From: Fidelibacterota bacterium
GTDB taxonomy: Bacteria > Fidelibacterota > Marinisomatia > Marinisomatales > J089
NCBI GenBank assembly: GCA_003695105.1
Contig: RFIZ01000171.1
Location: forward strand, 1-32,722
DNA: 32,722 bases
Direction of reading: 5' to 3'
Part shown: positions 26,255 to 32,722 of the stretch, piece by piece
Layout: each line of letters starts with the position of its first letter
How positions within the stretch are numbered: the first letter of the stretch is position 1
Program-made: the position numbers and the translations under genes
Notes under the pieces: generated by a model
Told to the model about the DNA's origin: nothing
Seen by the model: the letters and a program-made list of their open reading frames with translations, nothing else
The model's database searches: none

Positions 26255-27127
26255 TCAGGGCGCCTGTCGATCGACTTTTTCACGCAGAAGACGAATATGG
26301 CGGGGAGTAGAGCCACAACAGGCTCCCAGGTAACGGGGTCCCAGAGACAGGGCCTCCTGAACAAAGTCCAGGAAGGCGGAGTCCGGGACGATGGCAGTCA
26401 AATGTCCATCGTCTTCGGGCGGGGAACAGCCCAGATTGGGATAGGCGCCAAATTTTGGTACTGATTGTTCAGCCAACATACGCAGAGCTTTGGTAGCCAC
26501 TTCCAGGGGAACACAGTTGACCAACAGAGCCGTAAACGTGGCCTGCCAGCGGGACAGGTAAGAAAGCCATTCCGTACCATCCCAGAGGCGCGTGGCACTC
26601 CGCAGCAACAGACTCAACATCCGGTCATGGTGACCTGCCGTCAAAGTCACGGCGGCTTCGATCTCGTCCACGTTTCCCATGGTTTCAAACACAATCGTTG
26701 TGACTCCCTGTTCCAGAAACCACTCGGTTAATTCTGCATATTCATCCCTGGCAGCGGTCTGTCCGGGACAGAGTTCGGGATGGTAACAATCTTCCAATGT
26801 TGTAATCGATCCCCACACCCGGCGATTTCCTGCCCCACGCCGGGCCAGTTCTACGGCACGATTCAAGCGGTCGCGGGCGAGGATGCGGGAACGGTTCAAA
26901 GAATAACCGGCTTTGAAATAGGTCCGGGGTGTGGTACGGAAGGTATTGGTCGTTACCATGTCTGCGCCGGCATCGACATACTCCCGGTGAATGGTCTCCA
27001 CCACATCCGGGTGGGTGAAGTTCGCTTCCGCCGACCAGAGCGGCAGGGGACAGGCAATGCCTCGCCGTTGCAATTCGGTGCCCAGGGCACCGTCCAGCAC
27101 GAGGGGCCTAGCTGATCCGGGCTCCAT
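26255..27127 (-). CDS. mmuM: Homocysteine S-methyltransferase
   Basis: LVLDGALGTEL near the N-terminus, TNTF, and the Zn-ligand motif GACCGSTPRHI near the C-terminus. I place the start at ATG 27127. ATG 27175 and GTG 27214 overlap csaA further. Confidence 0.8.
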   Translation of the reverse strand: MEPGSARPLVLDGALGTELQRRGIACPLPLWSAEANFTHPDVVETIHREYVDAGADMVTTNTFRTTPRTYFKAGYSLNRSRILARDRLNRAVELARRGAGNRRVWGSITTLEDCYHPELCPGQTAARDEYAELTEWFLEQGVTTIVFETMGNVDEIEAAVTLTAGHHDRMLSLLLRSATRLWDGTEWLSYLSRWQATFTALLVNCVPLEVATKALRMLAEQSVPKFGAYPNLGCSPPEDDGHLTAIVPDSAFLDFVQEALSLGPRYLGACCGSTPRHIRLLREKVDRQAP

Positions 27128-27437
27128 TGGACAGGGGGCGATCCGGCTGAAGCAGAAGGACGGCCCCGTTTTCATCGGGAATGCCCAGAACCAGGACCTC
27201 GGATACAAACCCACCGATCCGTTTCGGCCCCAGATTCACGGCACAAACCACCTGGCGCCGGAGTAAATCCTCGGGGCGATAGTGATTCGTAATCCGGGCA
27301 CTGGACGAACTGACACCCATCGGACCCAGATCAATCTTCAGTTTATAGGCCGGTTTTTTCGCCTCCGGGAACGCGTCCACAGCCACAATGGTCCCCAGGC
27401 GTATATCCAGTCGGGAGAAATCCTTGATCGTGATCAT
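27108..27437 (-). CDS. csaA: tRNA-binding protein CsaA (EMAP/OB-fold)
   Basis: The 109-aa product MITIKDFSRLDIRLGTIVAVDAFPEAKKPAYKLKIDLG...SEVLVLGIPDENGAVLLLQPDRPLSNGARIS is colinear with Bacillus subtilis CsaA as I recall it. The ATG overlaps the S9 peptidase stop (ATGA). The 193-aa track ORF is an artefactual extension. Confidence 0.85.
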   Translation of the reverse strand: MITIKDFSRLDIRLGTIVAVDAFPEAKKPAYKLKIDLGPMGVSSSSARITNHYRPEDLLRRQVVCAVNLGPKRIGGFVSEVLVLGIPDENGAVLLLQPDRPLSNGARIS

Positions 27438-29419
27438 GCCGGCTCCTGTAAATAACGGTTGAACCAGTCCACAATCCATTGCAGGCGGGCCTGTCTCCGA
27501 TCGGGACGTCCGTGACGGGACAAGCCATGGAATTCTTCCGGAAAACGCACGTATTCCACGTCCCGTTTCAAAAATTTCAGGGCAGTAAACATTTGATCCC
27601 CTTGTTCGATATTGCAGCGTAAATCGTTTTCGCTGTGAATGATCAACAGCGGAGTGCGGCACCGTTCGATATAGGTAATCGGCGACCAATGGCGATAGGT
27701 ATCCTCTTCTTCCCAGGGAGGCCCGCCGAATTCATAGGCCAGGTCCCATCCCACATCGGAGTTCCCGAACATGCTTCGCAAATCGGAAACGCAGCGTTGA
27801 GTCACGGCCGCGGCAAAGCGATCCGTGTGCGTCACAATCCAGTTGGTCATGTACCCGCCGTAGCTGCCGCCGGTAACACCCAACCGGTTTGCATCGACGA
27901 ATCCCAGCGACAGGACGTAATCCACCCCGGCCATGAGGTCGGACATGGCCGGTTCTCCCCATTGCCCGGTGATCGCATCGGCAAAGGCTTCGCCATACCC
28001 TTGAGATCCCCGGGGATTCATGTAAAAGACCACATACCCCGCCGCCGCCAGAACATACATTTCGTGATAAAAGGTGCGGCCGTACTGGCACCGGGGACCG
28101 CCGTGGATGTTCAAAATCATGGGGTAACGACGGGAGCCATCAAAGTCCGGCGGAAGGACCAGCCACCCCTGCAAGCGTTGCTCACCGTTCTGGAACCAAT
28201 GTTCCTGGGCGGGGACCCAATTTCTGTACCGCAGAAAGGGATTGAGATTCGTCAGGGGGGCCATGTCACCCGTTTTCAATGACAAACGATACAATTCGTC
28301 CGGACGGTCCAGCCGCGCTCCGTGAAACACGCCTCTTTCCCGGCGAAAATCCAGCGCAAAGGAAATCACTACCTGCTCCGGGTCCGTCACGGGATGGGTC
28401 TTCCCGGTTTCCAGATCGGTTTTGACCAGAGGCTGTCCTCCTTCCGAGGATAGGATGTAATAGATCTCCCGATCATCCTGGGACCAGACCGGATTGGCCA
28501 GAGCGAAGGCGGGGGTGATATCCCCCAGGGTCAATGGATAGGCCGTGCGGTCCAGATCCTGGCCATAGCTCCGGTGTTTGCCCTCACGATCTACCGTGTT
28601 GAGAAGATATCCCACCGAACCCCAACTGTGATAGGGCCGTTGATGGCCCAGATAGGCCAATCGTCTGCCGTCATGAGAAAAGGAGAGTCCTTCCTTGGGT
28701 CCGGCCGGGGCAGACCATTTCCGCAACGAGCCGTCTTCCAGGGAAACGCTGTAGATATCCTGCTCCTCCAAACGCAATTGCCAGTCCTCTTCCCGGAACG
28801 ATATGAACGCAATTTCCGTACCGTCCGGTGACCAGGAGGGGAAAGCATCTTCATAGGGTCCCTCCACCAGGGCACAACTGCGTCCGGTGGAAACATCCAC
28901 CACCCAGACATGAGAAGTCTCACTGTCACGCCAGCCCTGACCGTCCAGGCGGTAATAGATATCCCGGATATGACGGTACACCGGCACCTCCGGTTTCCCG
29001 TCCTTGGTGAAGGGTACCTCCTTTCCCGTCGGATGAAACAAAAAAGCGATTCGGTCACCGGCCGGCGACCAGACCAGGGACTGGATTTGTCCCCGGGGCA
29101 ATTGGGTCAAAGGATAGGCTTCGCCGCCTTCCATGGGCAGGATCCAGATCTGACTGGTCTCTTCCCGCTTACTGATGAAAGCGATCTGTTTACCATCAGG
29201 TGACCAGCGTGGACAACTGTCCTGAACTGTACCGCGGGTCAGCGGTCGCATTCCCCGGGATCCCAAATTCTTCAGAAAAAGGTGAGAATGGTATCGTTTC
29301 TCCCGGGCTGACATGCGTTCGACAACGAACACCACCCGCTGCCCATCCGGGGACAATTGCGGATCGGACACCAGCCGAAAACGAAGCAGGTCGGAAATAG
29401 AAATTCGTCGAGCAGACAT
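27434..29419 (-). CDS. S9-family serine peptidase (prolyl oligopeptidase / acylaminoacyl-peptidase type)
   Basis: 661 aa. N-terminal TolB-like beta-propeller repeats (SPDG..IAF repeated), C-terminal alpha/beta hydrolase with GGSYGGYM (GxSxG), and a later His context (EEFHGL). AAGGAG SD upstream. Confidence 0.9.
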   Translation of the reverse strand: MSARRISISDLLRFRLVSDPQLSPDGQRVVFVVERMSAREKRYHSHLFLKNLGSRGMRPLTRGTVQDSCPRWSPDGKQIAFISKREETSQIWILPMEGGEAYPLTQLPRGQIQSLVWSPAGDRIAFLFHPTGKEVPFTKDGKPEVPVYRHIRDIYYRLDGQGWRDSETSHVWVVDVSTGRSCALVEGPYEDAFPSWSPDGTEIAFISFREEDWQLRLEEQDIYSVSLEDGSLRKWSAPAGPKEGLSFSHDGRRLAYLGHQRPYHSWGSVGYLLNTVDREGKHRSYGQDLDRTAYPLTLGDITPAFALANPVWSQDDREIYYILSSEGGQPLVKTDLETGKTHPVTDPEQVVISFALDFRRERGVFHGARLDRPDELYRLSLKTGDMAPLTNLNPFLRYRNWVPAQEHWFQNGEQRLQGWLVLPPDFDGSRRYPMILNIHGGPRCQYGRTFYHEMYVLAAAGYVVFYMNPRGSQGYGEAFADAITGQWGEPAMSDLMAGVDYVLSLGFVDANRLGVTGGSYGGYMTNWIVTHTDRFAAAVTQRCVSDLRSMFGNSDVGWDLAYEFGGPPWEEEDTYRHWSPITYIERCRTPLLIIHSENDLRCNIEQGDQMFTALKFLKRDVEYVRFPEEFHGLSRHGRPDRRQARLQWIVDWFNRYLQEPA

Positions 29420-29430
29420 GGAAAACTCCT

Positions 29431-30648
29431 TTAAGGTAACTTCATCAGACGTTTACAGTGTTGCAGGTAGAGCTGAACCAGTTCCTGCCGTTGCCGGGGC
29501 GTGAATTTGCCGTGCCCCACCGAACGCCAGTGATCCATCCGCAGGGGACCGATCGTATACCACTGTCCTTTGATCAGGGGTTCGCCTTCATGATATTCTG
29601 CAATGGGATCCGGTCCGTTCAGGCCGGTCGTGGGCCCGTACTGGGAACGGGTGTTGACCACGCCGTCATTGGGAAACCAGGTGGAATCGGTAGCGGTCCC
29701 GTCGGCAAAGAAGGCCACCTCCGACCCGATGATCCGGGCCCGCATGCGTAATATGATATTCATATCACTGTCCGGGATTTCGGCACCCGTGGCTGAATCC
29801 CGATGGGTGTTTCGGAAGACAAAAGAAAAGTAATATACTTCCGGGTCGGCCTGCACCCGAGTATTGAGTTGACGGGCGCCTTCCACACTCAAATCCCAGG
29901 CGGAAATGTTTTTCGTCTTCCAGGCCGGATGATTTTTCATGCGTTCGAAGTATTCCATCCAGGATTCGTCCGGTTTCCGTTCAAAACCCCACTGCTCGAG
30001 ATCAAAATTGTAGTAGTCGGACCCCACCATGGCCGCCAGTCCCAGGACATATTGCAGGAAGGGAATCGACCGGGTCACCAAATCGGACAGGGTCGTCCCG
30101 TCGTGGGGGGTGGCCAGGGTCGTGATGGACCGGATCCAGCCGTGATGTTCCTGCCCCAGCAGGGAGCTGGCTTCCGGAATCTGATTCTCTTCGTCGGCAT
30201 AGATCACATGGGTCAAAAGATAATCCAGCATACGGATCGTCTGTCCGCCCATGCTGTGGCCGATGAAATGGACCGGATGGTGCTCATCCCATTCGGGATA
30301 TAAACCGGGATAGGTTTTTCCTTCCGGTTTTTGGATGATTCCGAAGGTTTCCGCATGGCGTTTGCCGTAATCGACCTGCCCGCCTTTCAATTGGGTATAG
30401 ACTTCCACGGCCCGATCCCAATTGGACGAAACCGGACCGACGGACACCACAAAGACAGTGAACCCGCTGTCCCTCAGGGTTTGGGCCAGGTCTTCGGAAC
30501 CACCCCAGTAACGGTACGATCCCAGTTCCTCCGGCCCCCATCCGATGAAGCCATGCACCAGGACAATGGGAATGGTGGCGTCCCGCCCCCAAAGGGCTGC
30601 GCCCAGGAACAGGCAGACCAAGAGACGTCGGATCAGGTGATTCCACAT
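29431..30648 (-). CDS. Secreted triacylglycerol lipase, family I.5 (Geobacillus/Staphylococcus)-like
   Basis: Signal peptide, then PIVLVHGFIGWG...YWGG...VGPVSSNWDRAVEVYTQLKGGQVDYG, nucleophile GHSMGGQT, ATPHDGTT and NDGVVNT. The protein is colinear with Geobacillus thermophilic lipases as I recall them. Confidence 0.8.
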   Translation of the reverse strand: MWNHLIRRLLVCLFLGAALWGRDATIPIVLVHGFIGWGPEELGSYRYWGGSEDLAQTLRDSGFTVFVVSVGPVSSNWDRAVEVYTQLKGGQVDYGKRHAETFGIIQKPEGKTYPGLYPEWDEHHPVHFIGHSMGGQTIRMLDYLLTHVIYADEENQIPEASSLLGQEHHGWIRSITTLATPHDGTTLSDLVTRSIPFLQYVLGLAAMVGSDYYNFDLEQWGFERKPDESWMEYFERMKNHPAWKTKNISAWDLSVEGARQLNTRVQADPEVYYFSFVFRNTHRDSATGAEIPDSDMNIILRMRARIIGSEVAFFADGTATDSTWFPNDGVVNTRSQYGPTTGLNGPDPIAEYHEGEPLIKGQWYTIGPLRMDHWRSVGHGKFTPRQRQELVQLYLQHCKRLMKLP

Positions 30649-30786
30649 GGTGAAAATTACACCGGGGATAGCCTACCAACAGCAGGATTCCTCCGGGAAA
30701 GAAGGGACCGAAATCAACCGGAGTGCGGATCAGAGAGGAAACCGGCCCCCGGATGCGACCCTGGGCTCAGCAATCTCAGTCGGTCT

Positions 30787-32115
30787 TCAGAGAATCTCCA
30801 GATAGGTGTCCAATTCCCATTGGGATACACTGGCGGCATAGCCCTGCCATTCGGCTCGTTTCGCCGTGGTGTACGCCTCCAAGGCGGTTTCGCCGATGGC
30901 TGTGCAGATCACCTCATCCTCCAGCAATTCATCGATTGCCTCCCGCAGAGAAACCGGCAGCGTGGCAATCTCTTTTAATTTGAGATCCGCTTCCGTAAGG
31001 GCGAAAATATTCTCTTCCAGCGGCTGAGGCGGTTCAAGTTTCCTTTCGATTCCGTCCAGACCGGCGGCCAGCATGACCGTAAATACCAGATAGGGATTGG
31101 AAGAGGGATCGGCACATCGCAGTTCGCAGCGGGTGGAATTTTCCCGGCCCGGCGTATAGCGGGGTATCCGGATCAACGCCGAACGGTTGGTGTTGGCCCA
31201 GCTGATATACACGGGCGCCTCAAATCCCGGAACCAGTCGTTTGTAGGAGTTGACGGTCGGATTCAGGATGGCCGCCAGGGCGCGGGCATGATGTAACTGT
31301 CCGCCGATAAAATACCGGGCTGTATCCGACAGGTGATATTTCCCCTGGGCATCATAAAACACATTCTGATCCCCCTGGAACAAACTCTGGTGTACGTGCA
31401 TCCCGGAGCCATTGATACCGGCGATCGGCTTGGGCATGAAGGTGGCGTGAAGTCCATGCTGGTGGGCCACCGACTTTACGGCGTATTTGAAGGTAATGGC
31501 ATTATCAGCGACGGTGAGGGCGTCACCGTAACGAAAATCGATTTCATGCTGTCCGGCTGCCACTTCATGATGCAGGGCTTCCACGTCGATGTGAAGTTCC
31601 TGGAGAGCTTGGGTCATGTCCTGGCGGATGGTGGTAGCCAGATCCGTGGTTTGATCAAAATAGCCACCCTTGTCGTGGGGCAGGGGACGAATGACGCCAT
31701 TTTCTTTCCGAAACAGAAAAAATTCCAACTCCGGCCCCACATTGTATGTGAAACCCAATTCTGCCGCCCGGTCCAGTTGCCGTTCCAGGATAGATCGGGG
31801 GGATCCGGCATACAGCTTTCCATCCGGGAGGTAGACATCACAGATCAGCCGGGCCGTATCGTTGCCGGTACCCTGAGTCCAGGGAATAGCCGCCCAGGTA
31901 TTCAGATCCGGTTTGAGGTACATGTCGCTTTCGAAAATTCGCGTGAACCCTTCAATCGAAGAGCCGTCAAACCAAATATTGTTTTCCAGCACTTCCGGGA
32001 GTTTGCTCACGGGAATGGTGACGGCTTTCAGAATGCCGGGTAAATCCGTGAATTGCATGTCCACAAACCGGATATTCTGCTCCCGTGCGGATTTCAAAAT
32101 TTCTTCTGCTGTCAT
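30787..32115 (-). CDS. glnA: Glutamine synthetase type I, alpha subtype (no adenylylation Tyr)
   Basis: 442 aa. Motifs: FTDL.G, GSSIEGF, MPKP..G.NGSGMH.H.S, NPY. At the site of E. coli Tyr397 (NLYDLP) the sequence is NIFAL, with Phe encoded by TTC at 31003-31005. The ATG overlaps the lrp-family stop (ATGA). Confidence 0.95.
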   Translation of the reverse strand: MTAEEILKSAREQNIRFVDMQFTDLPGILKAVTIPVSKLPEVLENNIWFDGSSIEGFTRIFESDMYLKPDLNTWAAIPWTQGTGNDTARLICDVYLPDGKLYAGSPRSILERQLDRAAELGFTYNVGPELEFFLFRKENGVIRPLPHDKGGYFDQTTDLATTIRQDMTQALQELHIDVEALHHEVAAGQHEIDFRYGDALTVADNAITFKYAVKSVAHQHGLHATFMPKPIAGINGSGMHVHQSLFQGDQNVFYDAQGKYHLSDTARYFIGGQLHHARALAAILNPTVNSYKRLVPGFEAPVYISWANTNRSALIRIPRYTPGRENSTRCELRCADPSSNPYLVFTVMLAAGLDGIERKLEPPQPLEENIFALTEADLKLKEIATLPVSLREAIDELLEDEVICTAIGETALEAYTTAKRAEWQGYAASVSQWELDTYLEIL

Positions 32116-32585
32116 GAGTGTCCTTTCTGGCTGTGTTCGGGTTCCAGAGCGATGGCATGGGATTCCTTATAGGTACTCAGCACCACCATGGTGTGCGTGC
32201 GGACCACTCCCGGCCACGACTGGATGTCCCGAAGGATTTTTTCCAAATCTTCCGAGGATACGGCTCTGACTTTCAGGATATGGCTGCCTCCGCCGGTAAT
32301 GGAATGACATTCCTGGATCTTCGGGTGAAGCCGGACCCGGTGGACAAACGTTTCGTAATGTTCCGAAGAAGCACTGTCGACGGTGATGAAGGCCAACAAA
32401 TCGTAGCCTACCCGGCGGGCGTTCAGATCCAGGTGGAAGCCCCGGATTACACCGCTTTCCTGCAGTTTGTGAATCCGCTCACCCACCGCCGGAACCGACA
32501 GGCCGACCCGGGAAGCAATTTCACTGGCCGTCATCCGGGCGTTTTCCTGCAGGCATTGAAGAATGTGTCGATCTTTATCGTCCAT
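32112..32585 (-). CDS. Lrp/AsnC-family transcriptional regulator
   Basis: 157 aa. N-terminal HTH (DDKDRHILQCLQENARMTASEIASRVGLSVPAVGERIHKLQESGVI) plus a C-terminal RAM/AsnC_trans_reg domain. Confidence 0.9.
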   Translation of the reverse strand: MDDKDRHILQCLQENARMTASEIASRVGLSVPAVGERIHKLQESGVIRGFHLDLNARRVGYDLLAFITVDSASSEHYETFVHRVRLHPKIQECHSITGGGSHILKVRAVSSEDLEKILRDIQSWPGVVRTHTMVVLSTYKESHAIALEPEHSQKGHS

Positions 32586-32602
32586 CAGGAAAAATCTACG
32601 GA

Positions 32603-32608
32603 ATTATA
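32603..32608 (-). promoter_or_regulatory. Possible -10 box (TATAAT) for the lrp-glnA transcript
   Basis: A perfect TATAAT on the minus strand lies 17 nt upstream of the lrp-family ATG. There is no good -35 at 17-nt spacing, and the implied leader is very short with no SD. Confidence 0.3.
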
Positions 32609-32612
32609 ACTG

Positions 32613-32637
32613 AATTACAAAAATAATTTTTGTAATT
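32613..32637. promoter_or_regulatory. Perfect 12-1-12 palindrome, candidate operator
   Basis: AATTACAAAAAT-A-ATTTTTGTAATT, with every one of the 12 pairs complementary. It sits just upstream of the putative -10. On the minus strand it contains TATTTTTG, which fits the Bacteroidota TAnnTTTG -7 motif. Confidence 0.5.
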
Positions 32638-32677
32638 AGAAAATATTTCTTAAATCTTTAGTAATTATTAGTGTATT

Positions 32678-32693
32678 TCTAAATTATTTTAGA
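32678..32693. promoter_or_regulatory. Second AT-rich inverted repeat
   Basis: TCTAAA-TTAT-TTTAGA, a perfect 6-4-6 repeat within the same AT-rich island. Confidence 0.3.
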
Positions 32694-32722
32694 TTCCAGA
32701 CCACATCCACTCCCCGGGCCCA

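Noticed and set aside
27108-27689. The 193-aa track ORF, suggesting a larger CsaA fusion protein. Similar N-terminal extensions appear in track ORFs starting at 16934, 18194, 20197, 22830, 27214 and 5567.
   Set aside because: The extensions overlap the 3' ends of upstream genes, lack homology, and mostly begin at TTG/GTG. Internal ATGs give proteins matching family N-termini, often with ATGA overlaps or Shine-Dalgarno sites.
30649-30786. The 138-nt spacer after glnA as a terminator or a GlnZ-like 3'UTR sRNA.
   Set aside because: Only short helices are present (CCGG-GGG-CCGG, CUCCGG...CCGGAG with a 21-nt loop), and none has a proper U-tract. Nothing distinctive enough to call without transcript data.

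Overview
This is a densely coding bacterial chromosomal segment, mid-50s % GC by eye. I call 36 protein genes, most with recognisable motifs. I saw no rRNA, tRNA, CRISPR array, transposase, integrase, toxin-antitoxin pair or defence genes, so it reads as core genome rather than an accessory island. An LpxC-FabZ fusion and a cargo protein with a T9SS (Por) C-terminal sorting domain point to the FCB group (Bacteroidota/Chlorobi-related). Several genes have strong Shine-Dalgarno sites, which suggests a lineage outside classical Bacteroidia.

Gene layout:
- 1-4386: nfeD-like (partial), a secreted AP-superfamily phosphodiesterase, then translationally coupled lpxL-like/tsaC/DUF3108.
- 4383-16883, minus strand: an envelope-biogenesis array in the order ferredoxin | structured spacer plus terminator | mrp, membrane orf, uppS, bamA, skp, lpxD, lpxC-fabZ, lpxA, orf, dxr, rseP.
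- 17040-21433: MFS/FGGY kinase, a small membrane protein, HAD hydrolase, PEBP.
- 21448-32585, minus strand: 12 co-directional and mostly overlapping genes in the order lrp-family, glnA, lipase, S9 peptidase, csaA, mmuM, marR-family, mutY, plsC, SDR, DJ-1, pepC.
- 32586-32700: a roughly 80% A+T promoter island.

I found no convincing novel multi-gene system. The most unusual items are:
1. A 228-nt highly structured spacer that ends in an intrinsic terminator 19 nt before the mrp start codon.
2. The conserved LpxA N-terminus, which has no canonical start codon and is in frame with the lpxC-fabZ stop.
3. A cysteine-free Mrp/NBP35 in which an insertion replaces the CxxC motif.
4. Two orphan envelope-associated ORFs embedded in the array.
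5. AT-rich perfect palindromes upstream of a coupled lrp-glnA pair.

All homology calls come from motif recall and hand translation. No searches were run.
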